Source: Halobacteriovoraceae bacterium
GTDB taxonomy: Bacteria; Bdellovibrionota; Bacteriovoracia; Bacteriovoracales; Bacteriovoracaceae
Direction of reading: 5' to 3'
DNA length: 64,000 bases
Assembly: GCA_963719505.1 (NCBI GenBank)
Contig: CAVRCF010000001.1
Location: forward strand, 384,001 to 448,000
Shown: in pieces, positions 20,407 to 30,538 of the stretch
How the letters are laid out: each line of letters begins with the position of its first letter
Position numbering within the stretch: the stretch's first letter is position 1
Notes under the pieces: generated by a model
Told to the model about the DNA's origin: nothing
Databases searched by the model: none
Seen by the model: only the letters and a program-made list of their open reading frames with translations
Position numbers and translations under genes: made by a program

Positions 20407-20496
20407 GGAAGTGTGCCCGAGTGGTTGAAGGGAACAGTTTTGAAAACTGTCGAAGGTTCGCGCCTTCCGTAGGTTCGAATCCTATCACTTCCGCCA
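20407..20496 (+). tRNA. tRNA-Ser(TGA)
   Basis: GGAAGTG acceptor, ACAGT-TTTGAAA-ACTGT anticodon arm, long variable arm, GTTCGAATC, GCCA end. Confidence 0.95.
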
Positions 20497-20582
20497 TTTT
20501 TCTCAGTACATTCATTCGTATTTTTGAAAATGGAGAAAAACTTTTGCTACTTAGCCGGTAGTAATTATTAAATGCATACAAC

Positions 20583-20671
20583 GGAAACGTGGGTGAGTGG
20601 CTGAAACCAGGCCCTTGCTAAGGGTCCGAACGTTCTGCGTTCCGCGAGTTCGAATCTCGCCGCTTCCGCCA
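20583..20671 (+). tRNA. tRNA-Ser(GCT)
   Basis: GGCCC-TTGCTAA-GGGTC anticodon arm, long variable arm, GTTCGAATC, GCCA end. Confidence 0.95.
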
Positions 20672-20674
20672 TTT

Positions 20675-20706
20675 AAAAAACCGAGTTTCATAGCTCGGTT
20701 TTTTTT
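20675..20706 (+). terminator. Intrinsic terminator after the tRNA pair
   Basis: AAAAAACCGAG-TTTCATAG-CTCGGTTTTTTTT. Confidence 0.85.
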
Positions 20707-20812
20707 GTCCTTTTTTTCTCTTTTAACCTCTATCTTTAAATAAAGTTAAGCAGAAATAATGAATTTCTATGCTAGCCTTAAGAGACTAAATCAACTCTAT
20801 AAAAAGGTTTAC

Positions 20813-22111
20813 ATGAAAGAGAAAGATAATATTTGTATAAAGCCATGGACTCATTTGGTCCAACATACGAATGGCTTTTTCTCTCCTTGCTGTAAGATTG
20901 AGGATCTTTTGTTATCAAACGGGAAGCTTGCTAGAAATTTAGATGAGGCTTGGAATGGAGAGACATTAGAAAATCTAAGAAAAGAGTTTTTAGATGGTAA
21001 AAAGCCATCACTGTGTAAGCAGTGTTGGAAGGAAGAAGTTTCTGGTAACGAGTCAGATAGAACCTTAACTAATAGAAGAGTGTTAAATGAAAAGGGACAA
21101 GAATATTTTGACTCTGCCATTCATACCACAGATCCCACACCAAGAAGTTTAGATTTAAAAATATCAAATCAATGTAATTTGAAATGTAGAATGTGTTCAG
21201 GTATCTACAGTAACCAAATAATGAATGAAATTACAGATAGTGTGAATGAAGACAATGCCCAACTAAAACAAAGTTACAGTGGAGACAAGTGGGTAGGAAA
21301 TAGTGAGACGATAGCCATCTTCAAAAAATGGGTCTCAAAACTAGAATACATGGAGATCTATGGTGGAGAGCCATTTTTGCAAAAAGACCTTGGAAAAATT
21401 TTAGATCTTTGTGAAGAAATGAACAGATGTTCACAAATTACTCTCAGATTCCATACAAATGGTATGGTTGATTTAAGACCATGGTTTGAAATTTTATCAA
21501 AATTCAAAAGAGTAGAAATCCACTTTAGTTTAGATGATGTCGGACCCAGACTTGAGTATCAAAGAAAGGGGTCGAGTTGGAGTTATATTCAAAAAAACTT
21601 CCAAAGAGCAAAAGAATGGGAAAATGAACTTCCCCATAATCGCCTCGTTGCAGTTTTTGCAACTTTCAGCATCTTCAACTCTCTCTATATCGAAGACCTA
21701 CTCGATTGGACTTTGGAAAATAACTCAAAAATTTTTGTCTCTCCTTTGCACGACCCTCCTTATTTAAATATATCCTTCTTTCCTGAGGAATTTAGAACTC
21801 TAGTCGCCGACAAATTAAAAAAAATTACTCATCATAAAGCTCTCTATCCGGGCTTAAATTTAGACGGACTTATAAACCTCTCGCTCGATGATAGATTTGA
21901 TAAAGTTAGGGTTATTGACTTCTTTGTCTACACTGGGATGCTCGACAGAAAGAGAAGGGAGAGCTTTGAAAAAGTCTTCCCTGAGATTATGGCCGTTGAA
22001 TGCTTGCTACCCTTTCAGGATTATTTACAAAATGAGGAGAGAGGGGATCTTTTTTCAGGTGAAATGTACTCAAATATCATATATGAGCACAGCAAGTTAG
22101 AAAGGTCTTAA
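20813..22111 (+). CDS. Radical SAM protein with N-terminal SPASM/twitch-like domain
   Basis: CIKPW...SPCC...WN...CKQC then CNLKCRMC and GGEPF; ORF is open from 20759. Confidence 0.85.
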   Translation: MKEKDNICIKPWTHLVQHTNGFFSPCCKIEDLLLSNGKLARNLDEAWNGETLENLRKEFLDGKKPSLCKQCWKEEVSGNESDRTLTNRRVLNEKGQEYFDSAIHTTDPTPRSLDLKISNQCNLKCRMCSGIYSNQIMNEITDSVNEDNAQLKQSYSGDKWVGNSETIAIFKKWVSKLEYMEIYGGEPFLQKDLGKILDLCEEMNRCSQITLRFHTNGMVDLRPWFEILSKFKRVEIHFSLDDVGPRLEYQRKGSSWSYIQKNFQRAKEWENELPHNRLVAVFATFSIFNSLYIEDLLDWTLENNSKIFVSPLHDPPYLNISFFPEEFRTLVADKLKKITHHKALYPGLNLDGLINLSLDDRFDKVRVIDFFVYTGMLDRKRRESFEKVFPEIMAVECLLPFQDYLQNEERGDLFSGEMYSNIIYEHSKLERS

Positions 22112-22164
22112 CTCTAAGCATTCAAAACTTTCAAAAGCTAAATAAATAATGTTAATATTGGCTT

Positions 22165-22854
22165 ATGAAAATAGTCCTAATGAGCCTTTTACTCCTCTGC
22201 TTTTCTTGTTCTGAAGAAGAGTCAATCCAGGTGGAGAATGAGTCTTTTGAAATTAAAAAAGACATAAAGGTTAATCTTCGCAACAAAGCTCGTGGAATCA
22301 CCGGATCTTATTGGATTAGTGAAGCTGGTTGTAAAATCAAGTGGGCCTATTCAATCTCAAGCTCTAAAAATGAGAAGAATATAAATTTGGAGCTTGTCGA
22401 CAGCGGCTTGAGTAAAGGTTGTCAAAATGATTTCAGCCTCCTTCTCAATATGCATTCGGCTATTTTGAAAAAATTTAATTCTGAGTATGATAATAAGAAA
22501 GTAAATAAAGTTAAAATAAGAGGTCTTAGATCCATTGATCCTTTGAAACGTTGCAATAAGGTAATAGCACAGAGTTCTTCTAGCTCTAGTCTGTATCAAG
22601 ATTACCGAGATAAATATCCAAAGCATGACTCAAAGTTAAGTATTAATGAAATTTTTAAAAAAATCATGGAGACAGACAATGTCTGTGGTGAGTTCTTTGC
22701 CGTTTTAAAGACAAATGGGATACCCGTGTCTATTTACTCTGTCGAAAGAGTGTTTACCAACAAAAAAGAGAAACTGACAAAATACTTTGAGAGCCTTAAA
22801 AGCCTTTCATCCCGTGTGATTTGGGATGCAGGATATTTCTACTTAAAAGACTAG
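22165..22854 (+). CDS. Hypothetical lipoprotein
   Basis: MKIVLMSLLLLCFSC lipobox-like signal. Confidence 0.6.
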   Translation: MKIVLMSLLLLCFSCSEEESIQVENESFEIKKDIKVNLRNKARGITGSYWISEAGCKIKWAYSISSSKNEKNINLELVDSGLSKGCQNDFSLLLNMHSAILKKFNSEYDNKKVNKVKIRGLRSIDPLKRCNKVIAQSSSSSSLYQDYRDKYPKHDSKLSINEIFKKIMETDNVCGEFFAVLKTNGIPVSIYSVERVFTNKKEKLTKYFESLKSLSSRVIWDAGYFYLKD

Positions 22855-22942
22855 AGCAATTCATACCAATGTCTAGAAAATGAACAGTCATAGCTGCATG
22901 ATCGTCGATTTAATAAACAGATAAAATGACTCAACTTATTAC

Positions 22943-22970
22943 TAAAGATAAATAATTTTTATGCCGATAA
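22943..22970 (+). promoter_or_regulatory. Putative sigma28 (FliA) promoter
   Basis: TAAA(G)-16 nt-GCCGATAA; perfect -10 element, spacer one nt longer than the enteric consensus. Confidence 0.6.
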
Positions 22971-22976
22971 GAATTC

Positions 22977-24050
22977 ATGAGAATGACCCTTGCTGCTTTT
23001 ATATTAATACAAAACTTGAGCTACGCCGCAGGGCCACTGGATAAGTGTTTTGATGTCTTTGTCCCCAATAAATTAGCTGCAGACTCTACAAGAGTAAAAG
23101 CCGTAACAGCTAACGGGTATAAATACCTCAACAAGAGTGTCGATAAATGGTTTCAAAACTCTAATGTCAGAAACTCTCAAAAGTGCCTTTCGTGTCATAC
23201 AACTTTGCCATATATGATGTTGGGTGCAGCCGATAATTTACTCACTAAAAAAAATTATATTAGAGAATTGGTTCAAAAAAGAACAGATAACTTTAAAAGA
23301 GATGGTTTTGTTGAAGCAGAAAATCTTCCTTGGTATGAGCTCGATAAATCTTACTCCACTGAAGTCGTGCTGAATGCTTCATCAGTAGTCATGGCCGAAA
23401 AGCTTGTGGCGAGAAATGCCAATCTTTCAGATCTTGCTCAAGATGCTTATAAGCTCATGTGGCAAAGACAAAAGCAAGATGGCTCTTTTGAGTGGTTAGA
23501 TCATTTTGGATTAAGACCGCATGAGTCCCAAAATAGTGGTTACTGGGGAACATCAATGGCTGGTGTCATGGGTGGACTTGTCGAAAATCAGGCCAGTAGT
23601 AAGCTTAAAAAAACGTATAAGTACTTAGCCGATGAGTTTGAAAATCAATCGAATCACAATAAGCTCTTTGGTCTATGGGCCAACGCAGAAGCAAAGGCAG
23701 ATTCATTTCTTCCTGCGACTAAAATTGAAAAACTATTGAAAGATATTAAAGCCAAACAAAATGCTGACGGTGGATGGAGTGCAGATTTCATTCTAGGGAC
23801 TGGGGAAACTCAAACCGATGCCTATGCAACTTCAATTGTAGCTTTTGTTTTAAAAAACTCAGGTAAACCTATTCCTAATGAAAGAGCTGTAAGAAAACTT
23901 TTGGTAGAAAGATTTGAAAAAGCTGGAGAGAGAATTGGTTCTAGAAGTATGAATGGAGCGGCTGTTTCAGTTTCACCAAATGGTATTTCTGGTTCTGACT
24001 TTTTTAGTGATATGGCAACCTCTTATGGACTTATGTATTTAAACAAATGA
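22977..24050 (+). CDS. Secreted prenyltransferase/squalene-cyclase-repeat (alpha/alpha barrel) protein
   Basis: Signal peptide, CLSCH, QW-like repeats WQRQKQDGSF and AKQNADGGW, TDAYAT. Confidence 0.65.
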   Translation: MRMTLAAFILIQNLSYAAGPLDKCFDVFVPNKLAADSTRVKAVTANGYKYLNKSVDKWFQNSNVRNSQKCLSCHTTLPYMMLGAADNLLTKKNYIRELVQKRTDNFKRDGFVEAENLPWYELDKSYSTEVVLNASSVVMAEKLVARNANLSDLAQDAYKLMWQRQKQDGSFEWLDHFGLRPHESQNSGYWGTSMAGVMGGLVENQASSKLKKTYKYLADEFENQSNHNKLFGLWANAEAKADSFLPATKIEKLLKDIKAKQNADGGWSADFILGTGETQTDAYATSIVAFVLKNSGKPIPNERAVRKLLVERFEKAGERIGSRSMNGAAVSVSPNGISGSDFFSDMATSYGLMYLNK

Positions 24051-24367
24051 AAGCTTTCCATGCCCACCTCTATTACACAGAAGACACCCTCGATGTAGCT
24101 TTGAAAATTATCGAAAAAGCCAAAGACCTTGACTATGTGGATGTTGGTACAGCTCATAGAAAGCCTGTTGGGCCCCACCCGTTATGGAGCTGTCAGTTTC
24201 TTTTTCGTCGTAAAGACTTAGATCAAATGATCCCATGGCTTTTAAATAACCATGAGGGACTAACCTATTTTATCCATGGCTTAAGCGGTGATGACCTTAA
24301 AGATCACACCGACTATGTTATGTGGATAGGTAAAAGCTATGCTCTAAACTTGTCTATTTTTGAATAA
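24047..24367 (+). CDS. DOPA 4,5-dioxygenase family protein
   Basis: FHAHLYY, PVGPHP, DDLKDHT..WIG. Confidence 0.88.
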   Translation: MKAFHAHLYYTEDTLDVALKIIEKAKDLDYVDVGTAHRKPVGPHPLWSCQFLFRRKDLDQMIPWLLNNHEGLTYFIHGLSGDDLKDHTDYVMWIGKSYALNLSIFE

Positions 24368-25219
24368 TTCAACAGCACCTTTATTAAAGTCCAACGTTCT
24401 AATAGGAAATGGTATAGAAATTCCATTATTGTCGTAAGCCTTTTTAAGCTTTTTAATGGCATCGTGTTTAGCTTGCAAGTAAGAGGCGTTGTTAGGATAG
24501 TCTATCCAAAACCTTGCATTGAGATTTATTGAACTGTCTCCGAATTCTTCGAAATAGACTTCAACATCACTTCCAATAATATTTTTAGTTGATTTAAGAG
24601 CTTCTCTTGTAACATCTTCAACTTTGTCGAGATCATCAGAATAACTTACACCGACGTTGAGGATCATTTTTCTTTTTGGAATTGTTGTGTAGTTAATAAA
24701 TGGCTTTGTGAACATATCTTTATTGGGAATGATCACATCCAAACCTTCTATGTCTATTATTTTAGTGACGCGCAAGTTGATCTCAGTTACCTGTCCAAAA
24801 AAATCTTCGATTTTAATGGTATCGCCAATACTATAAGGTTTCCTAAAAGCAATAAGCACTCCAGAAACAAAGTTTGCAGCGATTTCTTGAAAGGCGAAAC
24901 CTAAAGCAAGTCCTATAACTCCGGCACCTGCTAAGATTGAGGCTACTGTTTTTTCAAGGTTGAGAATTTCAAGCGATATAAAAAAGCCGATGATAAATAT
25001 AGAAACCGACAGCATGGAGCTCAATAGGTTTGAGATAACTTGGTTTTTAGTGAGCTTCATAAATGGTTTGTAAGATAGCTTTTTGACCATCTTTGCAACA
25101 AACAGAAAAACAAAAAGAACAACAACACCGACAAGGATATTAGGTATACTTTTAACAATTACTTCGTACCAAGTAATTACTTTATCTGTTAATAAACTCA
25201 CTGGGCTTTTTGCATCCAT
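24344..25219 (-). CDS. Small-conductance mechanosensitive channel (MscS family)
   Basis: GAGVIGLALGFAFQEIAANFVSG, IPN, FGDSSI, IPFPIR. Confidence 0.93.
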   Translation of the reverse strand: MDAKSPVSLLTDKVITWYEVIVKSIPNILVGVVVLFVFLFVAKMVKKLSYKPFMKLTKNQVISNLLSSMLSVSIFIIGFFISLEILNLEKTVASILAGAGVIGLALGFAFQEIAANFVSGVLIAFRKPYSIGDTIKIEDFFGQVTEINLRVTKIIDIEGLDVIIPNKDMFTKPFINYTTIPKRKMILNVGVSYSDDLDKVEDVTREALKSTKNIIGSDVEVYFEEFGDSSINLNARFWIDYPNNASYLQAKHDAIKKLKKAYDNNGISIPFPIRTLDFNKGAVELFKNRQV

Positions 25220-25228
25220 TGCTTTCTC

Positions 25229-25972
25229 CTAAAAAAATATCTTAAAATCTTTAATATTAGCTTTTTTCCATTCGCCTTGCACTTTTAAGTCTAGGGCAAA
25301 TTCATCATTATGGGCACCCTCTTTCAAAAGAAGTTCTGAGCACAGGTGTCTAATGACGGATTTATTTGGGTCTATCGTTTTAATCTTGTAGGTCGACTCT
25401 ATATGATTTTTAATAAGGGGATAATGAGTGCATCCTAAAATTAAACCATCGTACTTTTCAAAATCAATGGCCTTAAGCTCTTCATCAATCTCTTTCTGTA
25501 TAGATTCAAAAGGCTTATTTAAAAGCCTCTCAACCACCAAGGCCAATCCCTTTAGTGGATAGATATCAACCCTACCTTCGGGGTCATGCGTCTGTTTTAG
25601 GTAGGAGAATCTTTTTGATCTGAATGTTGAAGTTGTAAGGATAAGAGCGAGTCTTTTTGATTCACTGTGATTGAGGTAGTTAATATAGGGCTCAATACCT
25701 ACAAACTTCATTTCAAACTCTGCTCTTAATTGGTTGATGGTCTCAACTGTTGCCGTATTGCAGGCAATGACAATGGCATTGACATGAGCTTCCATTAGCT
25801 TTTTGACCATCAGTCTCAATCTGACCAGAATGAAGTCCTGCCCTTTTTCGCCGTATGGCACATTGTCATTATCACTTATATAAAAGTATTCAGCGGCTAA
25901 GTTTGAATCGATTAGGTCTTTTAAAATAGAGAATCCACCGATACCTGAATCTAAAATTCCGATTTTTTTCAT
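25229..25972 (-). CDS. murI: Glutamate racemase
   Basis: DSGIGG, PYG, IACNTA, LGCTHYP. Confidence 0.93.
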   Translation of the reverse strand: MKKIGILDSGIGGFSILKDLIDSNLAAEYFYISDNDNVPYGEKGQDFILVRLRLMVKKLMEAHVNAIVIACNTATVETINQLRAEFEMKFVGIEPYINYLNHSESKRLALILTTSTFRSKRFSYLKQTHDPEGRVDIYPLKGLALVVERLLNKPFESIQKEIDEELKAIDFEKYDGLILGCTHYPLIKNHIESTYKIKTIDPNKSVIRHLCSELLLKEGAHNDEFALDLKVQGEWKKANIKDFKIFF

Positions 25973-26101
25973 GACATATAATATTTTGCCGAGAACCCTT
26001 TTACAACTCTAACTTATTAAAATTATTAAAAGAAATTTCAGAAAACAATTAAGCTCTTGATATTCTGTTGATTATGGCTTAAAAATATCTCTCAACTAAA
26101 C

Positions 26102-26165
<64 letters not shown>

Positions 26166-26178
<13 letters not shown>

Positions 26179-27134
26179 CTTTTATTCCACTTCTTGTCAT
26201 TTCTAATTGCTTTAAAAAGAAAGTCTATCAGGTAGATATGCCGACGCATTGTTCGATCATAGCGGTGTTTCTTAACAGGATTAAACAGCCCAAAAAGGGA
26301 AAAGATCTGAATGGGATTTTTCTTCACCCAAGCCCAAGACCCAAGTTCTAAAGTAACGGGAATAAAAGTATTTTTGCTAAACTGTGATTTTGAGTGGAGC
26401 TCCAGAGCATAGTCCCATAAGTCGCCATGAGTAGTGTAGGTCAACGACTGGGCTTCAATTTTATAGACGTGATGAGAGTAGGTCTCCTCGAAAATTTTTG
26501 CAAGATTTAAAAACTGCTGTAAAAAAGAAAAAGGCTTTTTAGATTTTGCATAAGGGTACCAAAGTTGGTCGCGAAGGCCAAAGCCGGAGTGAAAATCGAG
26601 TGCAATTGAGCATTGAGATGCAAACATATACTTTTGAACAAAGTCTAAAAGAATTGAGGACTCAACTTCCATCTCAGAGTTCTTTTTACCGCGATACCAT
26701 GGAAGCTTATTAGATATCCGATGACCGCCGACGAGAAATGTAGCTCTCCCCTCAGCATCAATAGGTGCATTTCTCATTAAGTCGACACCATTGATATTAC
26801 TTCGGCTAAAGTTTATTAAACCCCAAGGGTTAACCATTGGAATGCAGACAATACGCGTCGTTTTCAAATGATCGACAAAGTCTAAGTCCCACTCAAGCCT
26901 CGCTTCTAGGATTTGAAGAAACGAAATTAATACCTGACTACCAATCTTCTCTAACCCATGAACACCGCCAAATAGACCTAGCGTAGGATGGGATGGCTCT
27001 TTTGATCCAATAACGAGTCCATGAATCGGTAGTTTATCCGGTCCTATAGAGCCAAGAACTTCAATCTCAACGAGTTCACTATGTGCTTTTTGAAATTGTT
27101 TTAATATTTCGACTTCGGCGTTTAGATTTTTCAT
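26166..27134 (-). CDS. M14-family zinc carboxypeptidase-like protein
   Basis: GVHGLE (HxxE), RSNINGVDLMRN, DFHSG, TLELG. Confidence 0.85.
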
Positions 27135-27194
27135 ATACTACTCATACACTAACCTGGTTCCTATAAGCAATATGGTATGGTAAAATTGAGGCTT

Positions 27195-28553
27195 ATGTCA
27201 GAAGTAACTACAAACAAGAAAGTCTATATATTCTTATGTATCCTTTTCACCATTAACGCTTTGATGGGTGGGTTTGTTGAGCTCTCCTATGACGAAGCTT
27301 ACTACTGGATTTATTCCCAATTTTTGTCTTTTGGATATTTTGATCATCCACCTATGGTTGCTGTTTTTATAAAGCTGGGTACACTTTTTTTTAACAATGA
27401 GTTTGGCGTAAGACTCTTTTTTAATATTGCCTCAGTGGTTACCCTTTATACTCTTTGGACTATGACCAATAAAAAGAGGCCATTTGTTTTCATGATGCTT
27501 TGTTGTGCGCTTCCCCTTATCCAATCCGCTGGGTTTTTAGCACTGCCTGACACCCCACTTTTACTTTTTTCGGTCTTATTTATAAAGCAAACTTACAGAT
27601 ATCTGGAAAAGGATTCTTTTGCCAACTCCATGCTTTTGGCCCTTTCAATAGCATTAATGTTCTATAGTAAGTATCACGGGCTTTTGATTGTGCTTTTAAC
27701 AGTCGCCGCTATTCCGAAGGTTATAAAAAGAAAAAGTTTCTGGATGGTGGTTTTGACGACAGTCGTTCTCTATATGCCTCATATGTACTGGCAGTATTTA
27801 AATGACTTTATTAGTTTTAAATTTCACTTAACGGGAAGAGATGAAAAGCATTTCGAGATTGCAAATATTCTCAACTACCTCACCAGTCAGGTAGGACTCT
27901 TTGGTATTTTCATTTTCTTCACTTTTCTTTTTCACATAAAGAAATTTAACTTAAAAGATGAACATCAGAGAATTCTTCTTTTTAACGTATGTGGCTTTTT
28001 AGGACTTTTGTTTTTTATCTCATTTAGAAATCAAATTGAGGCAAATTGGACGGTTTCCGCTTGTGCATGCTTCATTCTGTTAATGCATACTCTTTTTGAT
28101 AAAATGAATTCCTCTCTAAGAAAAGTGGCGATCTTATCAGCTCTATCCATTGTGATCATTCTAAGCCTAAGGGTAATAATCTTACTTCCTGATTCTTTTT
28201 ATAAAGAAGAACAAATTGGTAGACTCAATGAAATTAAATTTTGGAAAAAGAGAATTGAAAGAATTGAAGCGGTAACAAAGGGTTACCCTCTTGTCGCTGA
28301 GACTTATCAATATGGTGCTAAGGTTTCTTTTGAGATGAAAAAAATAATACCCGTTCGACACTTTAGAGGAAGAGACTCTCATTATTCAATTTTGAATCTT
28401 ACTGAAGACATGAACAAAACGGAACCGATTTTCTATATGACGCCAAAAAAGCAGGTAAACGCTATTAAGATAGAGACAGGTTATAAAGATCCCATCTATA
28501 TTATAGAAACAACTCTCGAAGAACTTGAACAAAGGTATCCTCAAGATGAATAG
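27195..28553 (+). CDS. GT-C glycosyltransferase (ArnT/PMT, GT39/GT83-like)
   Basis: DEAYYW, GYFDHPPM, PDTPL, YSKY; multi-pass membrane protein. Confidence 0.85.
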   Translation: MSEVTTNKKVYIFLCILFTINALMGGFVELSYDEAYYWIYSQFLSFGYFDHPPMVAVFIKLGTLFFNNEFGVRLFFNIASVVTLYTLWTMTNKKRPFVFMMLCCALPLIQSAGFLALPDTPLLLFSVLFIKQTYRYLEKDSFANSMLLALSIALMFYSKYHGLLIVLLTVAAIPKVIKRKSFWMVVLTTVVLYMPHMYWQYLNDFISFKFHLTGRDEKHFEIANILNYLTSQVGLFGIFIFFTFLFHIKKFNLKDEHQRILLFNVCGFLGLLFFISFRNQIEANWTVSACACFILLMHTLFDKMNSSLRKVAILSALSIVIILSLRVIILLPDSFYKEEQIGRLNEIKFWKKRIERIEAVTKGYPLVAETYQYGAKVSFEMKKIIPVRHFRGRDSHYSILNLTEDMNKTEPIFYMTPKKQVNAIKIETGYKDPIYIIETTLEELEQRYPQDE

Positions 28554-29289
28554 ATTTTTTGAAAAAGATATAAATGATGACTTTAGAAGAGCGATTTTGA
28601 CTCAGAATGCTCTTTTGACTTTTCTCTTTGCTCTCAGTCTTTTTTCGGCGATTGCTGAACAAAAGATATTCAATTTTTCATACTTTATTGAGCTCATTTT
28701 TCTGGTTTGGGGAAGCGTTTTTTATTTTAAAGCCCAAAGAAATAGAAACTATGCCTACTGGACAATTAGTCTAGGTGTCTTCATCTACCTTTTACTAGAT
28801 ATCCTTCATTACACTTTCGTCGCTGGAAATATGTTTATTCTTTACTTAGCTTTTCTCGCACTTATTTTTCTTATTTTAAATTGTTACACAATGTCCTCGC
28901 CTCTGTTTTATCCAAGAGTTCAGTGGTGGGAATATGACTATCACTTTCGCGGTGATTTAAAAGCTTTGATTAGGTTTGAGGGTTCAGTTATGAAAGCCAG
29001 ACTGACCGACTATAGGAGATATAGCGCTTGTGTCGAGTGCTTTGACTTCATTCCTCTCGATAGCGATGTTTTTTTAGAGGTGGACTTTGATAACAAAAAC
29101 TTTCTTTTAAAAGGAAAGGTAAAGACTTATAAAGGAATTATTGCGGGTAGGCCTTTCAGATATGGAGTAAAATTCACCTTTGACGATGTTATTACCAAGG
29201 ATGTTTATTTAAAATTGTTGAAGATTTGGAAAAATAATAAACAAGTAAAACTGAGAAAGAAGTTTAATAAAAATGATATCCAGCAGTAA
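28546..29289 (+). CDS. Membrane protein with C-terminal PilZ-like domain
   Basis: Four TM helices, PRVQWWE, then beta-rich domain ending YGVKF. Confidence 0.5.
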   Translation: MNRFFEKDINDDFRRAILTQNALLTFLFALSLFSAIAEQKIFNFSYFIELIFLVWGSVFYFKAQRNRNYAYWTISLGVFIYLLLDILHYTFVAGNMFILYLAFLALIFLILNCYTMSSPLFYPRVQWWEYDYHFRGDLKALIRFEGSVMKARLTDYRRYSACVECFDFIPLDSDVFLEVDFDNKNFLLKGKVKTYKGIIAGRPFRYGVKFTFDDVITKDVYLKLLKIWKNNKQVKLRKKFNKNDIQQ

Positions 29290-29746
29290 AATAGACTTTT
29301 ATTTTGAAATAGCTTTAAGGCTCGCTAAAGATGCGGCCTTTAAAGATGAAGTTCCTGTGGGTGCTCTCATTATTTCTCCCTCTGGAGAAATTCTGGCCGA
29401 AGCCTTCAACTTAAAAGAAACAAGAAATGATCCAACGGCACATGCCGAAATTTTGGCCATCCAAAAAGCTGCAGAGTCTCTTGGATCTTGGAGGCTTATT
29501 GATTGCACGATGATTGTTACTTTAGAGCCATGCCCAATGTGTCTAAGTGCCATTGCGCAATCGAGAATAAAATCATTATATTTTGGCGCGTACGATAAAA
29601 AGGGTGGAGCCCTTAGCCTTGGTTACAATCATGCCACCGACGAGCGTCTCAATCATAAATTTAACCTCTACGGTGGTTTTAAGCATATTGAGTGTGCCTC
29701 TATCCTATCAAACTTTTTTAAAGCAAAACGAAAGAACTATCGTTAG
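29273..29746 (+). CDS. tadA: tRNA adenosine(34) deaminase
   Basis: [21 protein letters not shown]. Confidence 0.93.
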   Translation: MISSSKIDFYFEIALRLAKDAAFKDEVPVGALIISPSGEILAEAFNLKETRNDPTAHAEILAIQKAAESLGSWRLIDCTMIVTLEPCPMCLSAIAQSRIKSLYFGAYDKKGGALSLGYNHATDERLNHKFNLYGGFKHIECASILSNFFKAKRKNYR

Positions 29747-29781
29747 ACTTCTTAGAAAAAATAAAATATCCTTTTTGGCAC

Positions 29782-29871
29782 GGAGAATTGGTCGAGTGGT
29801 CGAAGACGCATGCTTGGAAAGCATGTAAGGGGGCAACTCCTTCGAGGGTTCGAATCCCTTGTTCTCCGCCA
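29782..29871 (+). tRNA. tRNA-Ser(GGA)
   Basis: GGAGAA acceptor, CATGC-TTGGAAA-GCATG anticodon arm, variable arm, GTTCGAATC, GCCA. Confidence 0.95.
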
Positions 29872-30127
29872 TTTTTTAATCACTTACAACTCCGCTTGCA
29901 CTCATTTTTTCATTCAAAAATATTAAGTACGCAGATTGTACGCAGTTTTAACAAGCTAGAGTTATTAATTATAAATAAACACTAATGTTTCTTAAGATAA
30001 GGTAGCAACCTTCAAGTGTCTGTAATTGTGTTTGCTCCTGATAGGAAACCAGCTACACTAGCCTTTTAATAGTAGCTTCTAAACTTCTGGTATATGTATC
30101 TAATCTAAATATTAAAAAGGTTAAAGT

Positions 30128-30412
30128 GTGAGTATAAAACAGCAACTTCTAGTACCAATAAAGAAAAATCTATTTGACGATTTTTTCTTAAATAGATTGG
30201 ATCAGAAAGTGATCGATGATCTCTATAAAAGACTTTCAAACGATGACCAAAGGTTCATAAACCTCATATTGAGACGCTTAAGATTAGCTGATAATTTGTT
30301 TAACACGGATGCATCTACTCCTGATAAACTGAAAAAAAGAAAAGCGATGGAGATTAAGCATTATTTTGACGAATCAGCTAAAAATAAGCCAGTACATATC
30401 ACTTATGTTTGA
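30128..30412 (+). CDS. Hypothetical protein
   Basis: 94-aa ORF with GTG start after AAAGG; no recognisable motif. Confidence 0.45.
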   Translation: MSIKQQLLVPIKKNLFDDFFLNRLDQKVIDDLYKRLSNDDQRFINLILRRLRLADNLFNTDASTPDKLKKRKAMEIKHYFDESAKNKPVHITYV

Positions 30413-30538
30413 GCAATAAGCCGTCTAACAAGCTCAAGAATACTTTTTGGGACAGGAAGCAGTAGTAATACTTAAGCTGCTTCGTGTTGTGACCATTTTT
30501 ACCATATATTTAAAACTACGATGAATGGTTAAAATAGT

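Noticed and set aside
20494-20533. Hairpin pairing the tRNA CCA end with downstream GAAAATGG
   Set aside because: Short AT-rich stem, compatible with chance or ordinary tRNA-precursor processing.
29776-29792. TGGCACG as a sigma54 promoter
   Set aside because: No GC at the -12 spacing, and it overlaps the tRNA start.
29788-29985. 65-aa ORF (and the 29583-29828 ORF) over the tRNA-Ser gene
   Set aside because: Shadow translations of tRNA-Ser(GGA) and tadA.
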